From Tubulanus polymorphus (lineage: Eukaryota; Animalia; Nemertea), in contig NC_134034.1 in assembly GCF_964204645.1 (NCBI RefSeq), positions 1,488,072 to 1,552,071 on the forward strand: a DNA stretch of 64,000 nucleotides, given 5' to 3'. Under the pieces are notes generated by a model. The model saw nothing but the letters and a program-made list of their open reading frames with translations, had not been told where the DNA came from and did not search any database. Shown in pieces: positions 37,858-57,342 of this stretch (positions are counted from its first letter, which is position 1; the number at the start of each line of letters is the position of its first letter). A program made the translations under genes and the position numbers.

Positions 37858-39934
37858 ACAGCCTTTCGCGTCGAGATGAAAAACCTACGCAGCAGATGAA
37901 ATTTTAAAGGGGGGGTTAAAAGAGCACGGGGAGGGGGGAGCACTGGTTGATAATGTTATTTTAGGGGGATGAAGGGGCACTGTAAGGGGAGGGGGTTTAA
38001 AGGACCACTAGGGGGTTGGGTTATAATAGGACACTGGGAAAGTGGTTTTAAGTGGGGGGGAGATCACCGGGTGGGGGTGGGGGGATGAAAAGAGTACTGG
38101 GGAGGGAAGGGGTCTTTTAGAGGGGGGTTGAAGTCACACTCATATTTAGGGTAATTTTCACAGGGGGGAGGGGGGTTCTTGAAAATGAGTGAACTGTGTT
38201 TGAATTCTGATTATATTATCGATCGACACATATGAGTTATCGATTATTTCACCACACGTACCGCTGTATTTATTCAAGTAAGAGCCGAACGGGTTTAGTA
38301 GGCCACAAACTATCGGTTAATTAATGAGATGTGTGGAAAGTTTCGTCGAATTTCTCATCGCTGCCAAATTAAAAACCGACTAAGTAAAATAATAACAGTC
38401 GTACTAGTTCGCCATCTAGCGGAGAGTAGTCGCACTTAATGAAATACCTTACAGGAAGGAATTAATGCAGAACCTCATTATAACCATTTGTCCGTTTTAA
38501 AAAGTCTAGAATTCGATGCCAAATATGAAAGTTTTCTTAATTTCACTCTGGATACAATGGTTGAATAGTAAACGTATATTTTCTTGTTCATTGTAACGAG
38601 TTCTAAAAATACCTAATACACCAGTTCGCCATCTATCGGATACAAGTGACACTAGAAGTAGTACGTGAAATTGATAAATTACTTGCATCTTAATTAATCA
38701 CAATTATGAAATGTATGATATTAATATTAATATATATGTTTAATTATTTATTTATTTGACGTGTGAGTAAATTCTATGTAATATTAGATTATTCGTGAAA
38801 AATGCCGTTTTTGAAAATATCTCGTGGTAAGCACTATGTGCAGGGGCGGATACAAGGACTAAGGTCTTTTTGGACGCGTAGTCCTTAGAAATTAAAAAGT
38901 CCTGAGCTTCTTTCCAAGTAGAAAAACTTATTCATATCAAAGTTTATAAGATTCCATATGAGGCAGTGACAAGTTTTATAAAAATTGATTTTTAGAAAAG
39001 GGAACTGACAAGATTTGAGGGTCCTGTGTATTCGCGCCTGTTCTACACAAGTATTTTCCACTGTCACAAAATGCCAAAAATCTTAGGAGCGGTACTAGTT
39101 CGCCATCTAGCGGAGAGTAGTCGCACTTAGTGAAATACCGAGGCAAACATCTTAGAAACCTAAGTCTCATCGACTCGGTTTTATTGCCTAGTTTAACTGA
39201 ACCTGAACCTGGTGGTATTTAAACTAAATTTGAAGTTTCAAAATTTGGTCGTGTTCTCATTCTAGGGAGGTTGTCTGAGGTCGGCTGTCGAGGCAAGTCT
39301 TCCTCCGCCTCTATCGGGAATAGCAAGAATGGCATAGCTACTAATTACGCTTAAGATTTTAACCCCTTAGTTGCTACACCCTCTCTCACTTAATAGTTGT
39401 AAAACGGATATTGAGTATTGTTTCCGTTGCTTTTTGTTGTGATTGATGTAAAATAAATTAAGAAAAGAATAAAACTTTTACCTACACATGGAATTATGAA
39501 TTTGAATGTATTTCTCTCTTGAGACTGGAGGAAGTTGGGATTCGAACGCTTCTACGGGACAACGGGAAAATTGACTAGGTCGTGTCGTCTTGTGATATTG
39601 TAATCATCCTTTTATGGAGCTCCTAGCCTCTGGTATATCAAGCTCAATACGATCTGATATACTCCTTTCACGGACCACTCATGCGCAATCTATAGATTGA
39701 CCGGATAGGTCAGTTTTGGATTGTTCTGGTACAAAACAGTTTATGGCGCGTACGACAAAAGGACACGTCATTGTAACGCGAAAGCTCAGCGGGGGCTCCG
39801 TTCTGTACATGGAAATTCTACAATGAAACGGCAGCTTTTTTCCTAAGGAGAGATTTTAAATAACAAACAATTTTCTCATTTTCTTTTATTAATAAAAGCA
39901 ACAATAATTCTATTGTTTCTAACTACGGACTATT

Positions 39935-46011
<6,077 letters not shown>

Positions 46012-47931
46012 CTTGAATTTTCTGCACGGACCGAGACGCGGACTGCGGTCTCAGGTAATCTCGCATACCAGGGTTAACTTCTGCCGACATTGCGCGCGTG
46101 CCGCGAGTTCCGACGGCGCGCGTTGCAAAATTTAATTCTCCTATTCAATTGAATTAGAGTTCAGTGATGTTGTCAAATCCTGACTCACAGGAACTGCGTG
46201 GCTCCAGACTCAGAGAGTAACAAATGCCCAGAAATGCATTGAAAAATAACAACAACAAAAAAACACAAAATCTACCATGCCATACTCGGGCAAAATATCA
46301 CTTATACTTACACTTACACTTATACAACAAGAAGGAGCTCTCGCTGGGGGACGAACAAAGGATGTTCAGACACGGCCTGCTTCTCCCGGCCAGACCCGCA
46401 GATACACGTGTCCACACGTAACACAAAGTGACACGACCCAGATACTTCACAAGTACAGAAAATGTAAGATCGTTTCATACGAACCGTAACCAATTTTAGA
46501 TAATAGGTCGTAGCCGTAACCGACATTTCCGGATTCTTAAACCGACAATTTTAAAAACTATAGGCGACGGCATCCGACTACATCACCATGCACTTCGATT
46601 CATAATCAAACCCCGGCCTATTTCTGGTGGGTGTTTAGGGGCACGAAATTATCAAATCAAAATTACCCATCAAATATCAATCCAAGCAATGAAAATTCCC
46701 TTAAACCAAATAATCGAAAAATAGTGACACATTTCGACCTGTCTATAGAACTTACAAAGAAAAGAGATAATGCACCAATCATCGATGTGTGCCTGGTTGA
46801 TAAGCTGACCGCGGCGCACACGATCGGGCACACCTCTTTCTGATGATCTAAATACATCCACGCTCTCGATGATAAACGGAAATCTCTCGCGTCGATATCT
46901 ATCTACTGTTCGTCAGATCGCGGCGGACCAGAAGTCAGTCGAGTTAATCTCAAGTACTTTTATAATCTATAAATATAACATCTCTTCTTCCGAATGCGCG
47001 CTACGTGAACGCGGCCGCGTATTGAAAAACTTCTTGAGAGCTATACAGCATCAGTCTTTCTTATACCCTCCAGCGAGCGCGGGTGCGTGGGTCTTACTTC
47101 TGTCGACTCGGAGGTGGTGTTGCTGCTACGAAACGTTCAATCCTCGCAGTATTAAAAGCACACCTGTCGTTCTAACGAAAGGTTTATAGATACGTGCCGT
47201 GAAGTGGTGGGAGAGCTTTCGTTTTGTTGCTGATGATATGTACGTGAAGTTGATGTGCACGCGCGGCCAGGAAAAGATTTTCGTCAATAACATAAAGTAA
47301 AGACACCGGCACCGTCTTGAGATAGCGAGCGTTTGAGTTTCGAGACGATCAGTCAAACATCAACGGACGACAAGACTATCGCGTTGGATCTAATCAGTTA
47401 AGCTACACGAAGAGGATGCTAAACTTCGGATAATTTCACTTTCTCTGAAATTGGATCGGAATTTGCACAGGATTTACCGCCACGTGAGGTTTTACGATCA
47501 AACTCTGATATCTGACCAGTCTACGCGTGAAAGTCTGCCATTAATCCATCTCGAAATCCGACGAAAGTAAAGTTGGACGCGAGAAGTTTCAAAGATCTCA
47601 GTCCCTATTGTAAAATTCAGATTTTAGATTTTCCGTCCAGAAGTTCCGAGCTCGGTCGCTGACGCGGATATATAAAAACGCGTGGTCGGACCCATTGACA
47701 ACGGCTTCAGCGCTCGCTAAATAATCAACGCATGATTCTAGGAAGTGAAAGTTTGATTTAAAAATACCCGCTGTGTTGTTGTTGCCGATCGAGCGGTCAT
47801 AAAGAGCATCGCATTTCAATCAGGAGCCAGCGAACGTTTCTTCCAGCAATCGTATAAAGCGAATTAGAAAACAAATCGAATCAGATCGGAAAAACTTTTC
47901 AGCAGATTTCGTTAAAATCAGTTATCGAATT

Positions 47932-50900
47932 ATGGATAGTTCGCTGTTTGCGTTAGTTTGTCAGTATTTGGTCGTTATTTGTTGGATATTCGCCGGTTTA
48001 ACGGGTAGTTTTAACGTCGATTTGAGAACGGCGTTCGTTCACAAGGGGAAGCCTGGCAGCATGTTCGGGTTTTCAGTAGCCGAACACAACGATCAGAATG
48101 TGAAATGGTAAGTAGGATGGAATATAAATACTTTTTCTTTAATCTCAGGATACAGGTCCACAGGTTAGGAGTTAGAGTTAACTCTGAATTCAGGATCAAG
48201 GTCCACAGATTCGAGTTACAGTTAACTCTGAATTCAGAATCAAGTTCCACAGTTGTGAGTTGTGAGTCGATGGAATTGCTCGGAGTGGGGTTAGATTGCT
48301 CGAAATTCCAACATAATTTTAGTAACGAAACTTTCTAAAAAAGTTAACATCGAATCTGTACAAAAGTTCAAATCAATTAGCCGGATCGGATGACCACGAA
48401 ATATTTTATCAGAACCCCCCGCTGAGATGTGACCCTCGGATCAACCTGTATGGGTTATATCTCGAAAACAAAGTTGCACAGTCAAGCCTCGTGGTCCTAC
48501 AACCGATCTGGCAACGTTTGATCGGTCTAAGCTCATTTCGGTTCTATAACCAATCTAGCAACTCAAGACCAGTCTAAGCTCATTTCGGTTCTATAACCAA
48601 TCTAACAACTTAAGACCAGTCTAAGCTCATTTCGGTTCTATAACCAATGTAACAACTTAAGACCAGTCTAAGCTCATTACAGTTCTATAACCAATCTAAC
48701 AACTTAAGACCAGTCTAAGCTCATTACAGTTCTATAACCAATCAAACAACTTCAGACCAGTCTAAGCTCATTATTTTGCGCCCATATCTAACAACTTAAG
48801 ATCAGTGTTAAGATTCAAAAGACCACATGCGAAGTTTAAGTCACAACCGAGGAGCATATCAGCGCAGATCGCCAGACGAAATATGATACAATATAGATGT
48901 TGTTTTCTGATCTGTATTATCAGATGATGGACTGATATTACATACGCGAGTTGGATATATACGATTTGTACTCGCTTTGCCGTTATAGTAAAGAGCGTTG
49001 TTTAGTCTGTGCGGCGTACTCCCACGATATATTCACAAGAGGAAAAGTTGAAATATGCGAACGATTTCGAAAACAACTGAAAGTTCAAAAACACGCGTTC
49101 ATATTGGTATATATAAATATTACACAAATACTGGTGGTCTCTCAGAGCCAGGCGTTTCCGTTCGTTCCCTGCTGGTTGAAATTTGACTCGGGAATTTAAA
49201 AAGATTTAACTCATACGCCAAGAGTCAACTGCGCGAATAAACATCATCAGATAAGATCGCCTGGACCCAGTTATATAGTAAACCGTTAAGATTTGTATCA
49301 AATTGATAATATATCTCTGGAATTGATATTGTAGAAATACAGTGGAACTTCATTACAACGAACTTCAGGGGCCCAGGAAATCTGATCTCAGGATCCAGTT
49401 CCACGTTGTGAGTTTGAGTTAACACTGAACTCAGGATCCAGTTCCACATTTGTGAGTTTCAGTTAACACTGAACTCAGGATCCAGTTCCACGTTGTGAGT
49501 TTGAGTTAACACTGAACTCAGGATCCAGTTCCACATTTGTGAGTTTCAGTTAACACTGATCTCAGGATCCAGTTCCACAGTTGATTTTCAGTTAACACTG
49601 AACTCAGGATCCAGTTTCACAGTTGTGAGTTTCAGTTAACTCTGAATTCAAATCACTTCAGTTTCGATGAGTTGAATCAAATTTTTCGATTCGAGTCAAA
49701 TTCAATCAGACCAGAACCGTCGAACGATAGGCCCTCTGGGTTCTACATGGTCCAACCCTTGCGTGGAAATTAAAGTCGTTTTTCAGTTGAGAATTAGATA
49801 AACATCTCACAGTTACATAATTTGTATTCATCCTAACTGTTTATAGAATTTTGTGGTTTCTATGGAACCCCTGTTTGTTTTCATATGTCACTTGTTCTGT
49901 TTACATTTATTCTGACACATCGCTTTTGTTTATGTCCTGTTTGTTCTGTTTTCTGGTCATTGCACCTGATGATGGCTGTTAGTCAACAGCCGAAACGTTG
50001 CGGTTTCACTCTAATAAATTATTTCCTATAAAATTTGAATTGCGGGACTTCTCCAATTAATCTCACATCCGAGAGTTAATTGATACGTGTCAGAAATGAT
50101 TGGTCGAAAGCCACCGGTTTTATTTCTCCGCGATAAGAGATGATGGAAAATCTTCTCGCTCCTGCAACAGCAGCAACAGCAGCAGCAGCAGTAGCGCGTG
50201 AAACGTAAACAATCCGTCTTAGCGATTTAACAGTACAGGAACTGTTGCGCGCTAATGATGTAACATTTCTTCGATCTATCTTTAAAGAGAGGGCTCCTTG
50301 TTCGTTATAGTGTGTTACTAGGTAACTCTTTCGCCCGTTGACGATGAGAAGGTGAGAGAGGATGAGAGGAGGGCTTTCTGTAACTGGGTGAGAGTTCCCA
50401 AAGTTTATGATGGCGGGAGGGAGAGGGGGAGAGAAGGGCTCGCTGTTACTGGATTTCTCCTTGCCCGTTTGGAATGGAGAGCGAGAAAGGGGGAGGGAGA
50501 GAGAGAGAGAGGGGACTCCCTGTTTATTATTTTCTTATCGGTAACTGGGGAAATGTTTCCAGTTTTATATTGGAGAGGGAGAGACGGGATTGGGGTTTCC
50601 CTGTTCATAAACTGGGCTGAAACATCTGTAGGTACTTCGATTTCCGATATCAAAATCGAACCCCCAGCAGGTGTGGTGAGTTTGTAAGGGATCCACCAAA
50701 TCGAAAACAAATCAAACGAAATCTACCAATCAAATAAATAAAAGGGCCAATCTCTCTATTTTAAAAACATCTCTGAGGTCCGCGTTCTTCACGGAGACTC
50801 TTTAGGTCTTGTTTAGATAAAGGGATTTATTTCATTTCAAAATATATCGAGTGTATTATTAATCACTGTTATATCAACCCTTCAAGTACATGTTCATGAT

Positions 50901-53261
50901 GTTTACTTCTGCATACAATAGTTAAATCTTCAACAACCTTTCAACTACTTCATAGAAAACAAATCCCCGAATCGTTAGAGCGACCTCTTTTAGAAATCAA
51001 AACAGACGATTTAGTTTTGACAACAAACCGTAACATCCTCGATTGCTGGGTCGCGAATTACGTACTTGTCTTGACACGTGACACGTGACACATTCCAGGC
51101 GCGCTCGTTATAGGCTGTTCTATATCCGATGACCGGCGAATCTATCGTGACGTAAGCAAAACAGTTCACAGCCTGATCAGAATAACCGTTGCATCCGGTG
51201 GCACTTAATGACCTTTTGTAACCGGGGGCTACTGTGTCAACACCTGCGCGGTAGACCTACTGACACGCGTTCGTGTCAAGATTTTTGATAATCGAAGAAG
51301 TCCGACAATTCGACTTTATTTTTAACGATAAGGTTTATTATTTTGAAACCACGACGTTTCGGCTGTTGACTAACGGCCGTCATCAGATGGAATTCCACAA
51401 AATTCGAATTGTGGGACTTCTTCGATTATCCACAGTGTACGGATTGTTTCATTCGAATACTAAGATGTTTGATAATTTGTTGAAAGTATTCACGGCTGAA
51501 GTATGATTTTATTTTGCTGTAACTGTCACTAAAGAGAGTTGAGTTCTCAGTGGATACTTGAGCGGAGTCTGTGAATATAACCGTGGACCCCGGTATTGCA
51601 ATAACTATTCGCTGATCGAAAGTTAACAAGATGTAAAGGAGGGAATCCTACAATTCTAACAGCTTCAGTCAGCTTCTACGGTTCTGCGGTTTTGAGTTAG
51701 AATTTAACTAGCTAATTGTTATCTCGGAGTACCCCCCCCCTCTGCAATAAAAGCTAAAACCTTCCTAAGTCCTGGAAATCGTTGTATCCACGGTCACTCC
51801 TAGTTTAAACAAGACACCTGGCGATCCGAGTTTAAAACCAATATATGGCACACTGTAGTGAATATCAGACATTTTTTAAGAATGTATACTCATGTATGGT
51901 TGATTTGATTTTTTCAGGGTATTGATCGGGGCCCCGCGAGCTCAGACGAGACAAGCGTCGGTAACTAAAGCCGGGGCGGTATATAGATGTAAACCTGACG
52001 ACCCCAGGTGTGGGATAGTACCGTTCGACACGAAAGGTAGGCCTATATAAAAATGCATCCCTGTATCGTTTATGTCGAGAATCCCGCGCTAACTGGTTTC
52101 GTTGGGACAGGTCGTGACTAGAGGGTTTGTATGGGACACACCAATTTTTTACAGAATCAGCCAAAAATAGATGAGACCGAAAAAATCACCTCTATTTCGA
52201 GATCAAAACATTTGAAATGATAGTAGAATAGCCACACTTAAACGTGGAGAATTGATTATATGATAAATCATTGTGAACATCTTAGAGATGATGTCGAATA
52301 TTTTGAAGGTCGCGTCCTCTGTGTTTGATTTTGAGAATCTATGAACACAAGTAACTTGAAATAAAATCATTCTCTATTCCGAGATCGAGCAGAAAATGAT
52401 GTCCTAGCTGTGGAACCGGGAAACAAATTCGACTGCGTTGATAATGTTGTTAAGCTTTTTCTAAAATTGTGGGTGTTTTCGTGTAGGTCCCGACACGACG
52501 TGGAACGGTACCATGTACGTACCTAGTGAAGATAAGTCATTCCAATGGTTCGGAGCCACTTTATCGGCGTCGGAAAACGGAGTTATAGTGGTGAGTACAT
52601 TATTTAACACTCAATGTTCACGGCATCTTGCCCCTCGACCCGCCGAGCGCCGCTAGGAACCCTGTATCGAAAACTGGTTCCGTTTTCGATGAAGAACCAT
52701 CTACAAAAAAATCTGCCGCCGTTGTGATTCGAAACCCAGGGATTGACGAGAGACCACCAGCTTCCGGTTTCACGAACAAGTTTAAGCCTAAAACGGTTAA
52801 GTTTGAATTGTTGTCCTCATCGAAAACACGAAGTAACCAATGGCAATAGCAATTACACCAAAAATTTGAGTTTAACTTTTTAAAAACTGGGTCCAGTGCG
52901 TTTTTTCGAATCAGTGACGACTGCTACTCTCTTAGCTTCCGATTAACGATTAACTAAACCCCCTCCCCCTAACCCCCTCCCCCTAACCCCCTCCCCTAAC
53001 CACCTCTCCCTAACCCCCTCTCCCTAACCCCCTCTCCCTAACCCCCTCCCCCTAACCCCCTGCCTTGAAAACATCGTTCCTGATGAAAATACCCCCAGCA
53101 GCGCTGCAGCTCAGGGGAATAAAAACTACATCGATTAATTGACTTAATATTTCCTTCATCTGAGTCGAATATGAAAACAGACACTCCGGCAAGGTATATT
53201 TTTATTTCTAGCTATTTTCTCTGTTATCTCAGGCCCTAAGCTGCGTCCACGCTGCTGCTGC

Positions 53262-53340
<79 letters not shown>

Positions 53341-55367
53341 TTGCTGTGCTTTCTGTTATCTCAAAGGCCACATCAAAACAACCGCCGCCTCTACTCAAAT
53401 ATTTTTTTTTCCAATCTAGTTGATTTTGTTTTCATTTGGGGCGTATGACTGTATGTAAATTTGGAGTATGTTGTGTTAATTTACTTAGTGAAAATATATC
53501 TGATCATGAAATTAAACCACAGTTAGATTTCTAAAATGGTACCCTAGGCTGTTAGCTATCTGCAACAGCTCTTTGGAATATTGAATTTTAGGGGGAGGGG
53601 TATTCGGATATATATTTTTTTTTGTTATTTTTGGAGTTGATTGGCGTTCGTAGGTTCGGGGTTTAAATGGTATTGTTTCTCTTGGTAAGAGGTGGACAAA
53701 TCATGAAAAATATAAATTTAAAAAACCACTAAAGTTTAAAAGACTAAAAGCTAATTTAGTTTAATTTATTTCAAAATAAAATCACACCTGACGCTGATCT
53801 CTGGCCGAGAGTTCGAAACGTTGATAAATAAAATTGTTTTCAATCTTGGACGTTCGGTAAATTAGCGGGTTTAAAACTTATTATTATCTGTTCACCACGT
53901 CAGAATGTGACTATAATCTACCATATAAATAATATACATCGGGATGAAATATCAAATACGTAATAGTACAGATTTGTTGTTGGCGATATCAATTTATGAC
54001 CGCGATCAATTCATAACCCGGTTTATGGAACAGTGTAGGAACAAAAAAGATCAGGATGCATTTAAACGGACAGACGTCAGCGACGCGTTTATCCTAATTT
54101 CTGTTAATAGTAGCAGAAAATTGTCGCATTTTTAGCGGATGGCATGTGAAATGAGTCACGTTGTTTTCTGAATTGTTCATTTCAAACCCGGAGATGCGTG
54201 AATGAAACCGTCTATTCGCGTTTCAGCTTCTACAATAGATCCAGTGATTGAAACAATCGGGCCGTTCCCAGAAATTCCTAAAAAAAATAAGGACCTATAT
54301 TTGTATAATTGTGGCTTTGATAATTGTTTATTTTATTGTGTCTGATTATTATTCCGTGGTTTAAACGATCCTAGATAGGAAAATATATCGCTGGTAATCT
54401 TGTTCATGAAAACTCTATTCGTAGAAATCTGGGCCCAGTTCCGCAGTCGTGAGTTAAGATTTGACTCTGAGTTAAAACAATGAAAAATGAACTAATTCTA
54501 ACTCAGAGTTAACTCTAACTCAGAACTGTGGAACTGGATCCACTGAACTAAAACGTTTAAAACCACCCGTTATGCAGAATTTAAGAGATTAAAAATCGAG
54601 ATTAAAAATGAATTTGATTTATCACGAGTTGAAATAAAAATACACGACGTTTCGTTTCGTGTATTTTGATTTTAATTCTTTATAAATAGAAAATTCGTTT
54701 TTAACCTTTTCAACTTCGTATCATGGTTGGTTTTAAACTTGTTATCTGTTCTCCGCGTCTGTACGTGTCGTTTCTACCAAATCTTATTTGTTTTTTTTGG
54801 CAATTTTTATTCCTTTCGTGAAAAACGTTGAACAATTTCCGTCCTAAATTATTTGGGAGCCACTTGCTTATTATAGTCATCGCTTATAGATTTAAGAACC
54901 AGTCTACGATAGACAGCCATATACATAGTTACGAAGCCAGTTCAACAACTTAAAAACCTGTCTTAAGATTAAGACTATTTATAGGTACATCACAAACTGT
55001 CGATTCCAGTTCGATAGAAACAGTTTTGGGTAAGATGTGCCTAAAATAGAAATCGCTAAAAGTCAGATCCGACCAACTCCGGATTCCGATTTCTGATCCG
55101 GAAAACAAGTTGATTTTTGAACTCACTAATGTGGATGTGTCTGAATGATAAATCATTGATTATTCCATGTCGTCTATTTTGAAGGCGTGTGCTCCGCGGT
55201 ACGTGTATTTCACGCGGTTTCTAGACAGCCGGGAACCAGTGGGAACATGTTTCGTAGCGATGGGTTCGACGACTCGATTTCCCGAATACTCGCCCTGTCG
55301 GACCGGATACGGAACCTACGACGAACAAGGTCATTGTCAGGCGGGATTCAGCGCTACACTTTCTAAG
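47932..55367 (+). CDS. Integrin alpha (RGD-binding PS2/alpha5/alphaV/alpha8 class, no I-domain), first 4 exons; gene continues beyond the window
   Basis: Exons 47932-48107, 51918-52036, 52487-52590, 55185-55367: signal peptide, FNVD, SMFGFSVA, LIGAP, GAVYRC, QWFGAT, ACAPRY, PVGTC, EYSPCR, GHCQAGFS (FG-GAP beta-propeller). Confidence 0.93.
48520..48850. repeat. 47-bp minisatellite derived from a Harbinger-like MITE interior
   Basis: aagaccagtctaag...ccaatctaacaactt matches the MITEs at 29165 and 32483. Confidence 0.8.
49385..49650. repeat. 43/44-bp minisatellite derived from a MITE terminus
   Basis: ggatccagttccacgttgtgagtttgagttaacactgaactca. Confidence 0.85.
49961..50005 (+). ncRNA. Minimal type I hammerhead ribozyme-like motif (Penelope-type), degenerate stem I
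   Basis: CTGATGA-t-[ggctgtt agtc aacagcc]-GAAA-CGTT followed by AATAAA. Confidence 0.55.
51345..51395 (-). ncRNA. Minimal type I hammerhead ribozyme (Penelope-type)
   Basis: Minus strand: gaattccat-CTGATGA-c-[ggccgtt agtc aacagcc]-GAAACGTC-gtggtttc; stem I ccat/gtgg, palindromic stem III ACGT, GUC cleavage triplet. Confidence 0.7.
52957..53061. repeat. 14-bp C-rich minisatellite (aaccccctccccct)
   Basis: Direct reading. Confidence 0.9.
53253..53337. repeat. (CTG)n microsatellite (intronic)
   Basis: Direct reading. Confidence 0.95.
54432..54541. mobile_element. PIF/Harbinger-like MITE
   Basis: ggcccagttccgcagt...actgtggaactggatcc; homologous to 12230-12347. Confidence 0.6.
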
Positions 55368-56812
55368 GTATGTTGGCAATTAATAATCTCTCAATAACAC
55401 GATGACGTCATTGGGGCATTTATAAAGGCAGACGTTTTTTTTCTGGAAGTATCTATGGAACAAATCAAGAGTAGGCTATTCTGATGATATCAACTTTTCC
55501 GAAAGGGTACTTAAAGAAGGTAATTTGATGATGTCATAGGGGAACTTTTTAAGGTTTTTTTGTCAGCAGGTCTTATCACTAGTAGAGATTTTGATGATGT
55601 CATAGGGTGTTTTATGCTCTCAGCCATATTAAGATTGTCGAATAAGGAGATTTGTGGAGGCATATATATATTCTGTAGTTTCGGTGTCGCGATTGATGTA
55701 GCCAGTGAGTTTGAACGCGCACAGTACGGACAGTTTATTTAAGTGCATAAATTGCGGGTAACCTCGAACTTTCTTCATTATAGAAGTACTAAGTACATTA
55801 TGTGTAGTATGGGGTAGTATGTCCAGTCAGGTGTTACTCTCATCAGTACAAGGGGGTAAGGTGGAAGTTGCTCACATCATCAACTCCCCGGCCGCCTGTT
55901 TGTAATGAGAAAGTTGTAAATACCTATCTACCGCGTTATACATATAGATATATACTGATGTCCAGATGGTTTCATCGTGTATTCACTGAATCCATTTATC
56001 AATATGGTGCTCCATTATATTGGACTCGCAATGAGCTCCACGGGGCTTGGTTTCATAGACCCAGTAAAACGCATTGAAATTTAGAATTTTTCCAGTAGAA
56101 GTCTAAGAAATGAAATGGTATTTTGATCATTGACGCAGATTCCGGAGTAAGCCTTTCTTCTTTGACCATGTACCGAACGATATAGCTCACGACAGTTTGA
56201 TTATGTATGGCCCGATGTGGACCATGATGTGGCTTCGATCGACAAGCCCGTAGCGGTGCCACTGAGCCCTAAGGATGGCTCTAACAGAGTATCTCATAAG
56301 TGGGCTGGTCCGAATGCCATTCAAATTTTGAAAACAACCGTTATCAGAATTTTCGGCATTCAATAAAATCCGTCTGCCCGGTTAGTTTCTGCATGTATTG
56401 ATCGTATAATCGCGCACCTGTATCGCAGACTGACCGATGTTTTAATCAGCAATCGATCTATCTATATCTATAGCTGTGAATCACACAGCAATCAGGAAAC
56501 CAAGACGAGAAAAAGCTTGTCGGAATATTCTTCCTCTCGGGGAAAGTATATCGACTGATTAACCGATGGATCTACAGCTGTGTGTAGAGTTACAGATTGA
56601 TGACATCTTTATGTATTTAGCATTCAAGAAAATATTGTCCACTCTATCGATTTGATCCATAGACATTTCCAGAAAAGATGTCTTCATCAATCCCCCTATG
56701 ACATCATGAAATTATCTTCTACAGTAATTTGATCTATTGACATTTCATGAAAGATGTCTTCCACCTTGAATCATTCTTATCATTAAATACTGGCGAAATA
56801 CCGGTGGATTTA

Positions 56813-56980
56813 AGGGGCCGGGGATTTATGAAGACTTGCATCAGTGCTGAGTGACAGAGCGGGTTCGAATCCTGCTGGCTGCTTATATTGTGTGCGCGGG
56901 TAACACTTCAAAGGTCGCGGCCCCGTTCGAAAATTAGGCCTAGTGTCGTGAGATCATCCGAACGACGTAAACCAAGGTAG
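56813..56980 (+). mobile_element. Probable truncated tRNA-derived SINE
   Basis: GGGGCC start and B-box GGTTCGAATCC, followed by a GACGTAAACCAAGGT motif reminiscent of SINE central domains; no tail or TSD. Confidence 0.35.
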
Positions 56981-57127
56981 ATAAAAGAAATGACGTCATA
57001 GGGGGATCCGTAAGGACGAAATGCCGTCATAGGGGGATCCGTAAGGATTTTCTTCTTGGGTTAATAATTAAGCATTTCCATCAAGAATCATTATAAATAG
57101 CAATCGTTTATTGCGAAGATATAGGCT

Positions 57128-57321
57128 TGTTTCGAAAGTTCGGTTACTAAGCCGCTCATCTGGTTTGTGTTTATATATTTACTGTGGATGACATCTTGTT
57201 TATGTTTATTCTCCATCTATGTGAAATAAAATCAGTCACTTCCAAGGTTTCGTAGTAACCAGACGTGTTGCTTCTTTCTCTCGGATCTGTCCCCTCTGGT
57301 CGAATCGAACCTTTCACGACA
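57128..57321 (+). repeat. 5' LTR
   Basis: TGTTTCG...CACGACA, identical to the 3' LTR; AATAAA at 57225. Confidence 0.97.
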
Positions 57322-57324
57322 TTT

Positions 57325-57342
57325 TGGTGCCGTGACCAGGAT
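57325..57342 (+). other. Primer-binding site complementary to the tRNA-His 3' end
   Basis: TGGTGCCGTGACCAGGAT, 3 nt after the LTR. Confidence 0.85.

Noticed and set aside
52957-53061. Interstitial telomere
   Set aside because: CCCTAA occurs only within a 14-bp unit, not as (TTAGGG)n.
55780-56340. Retroelement or pseudogene fragment
   Set aside because: No recognisable motif in the frames I translated or in the ORF track.
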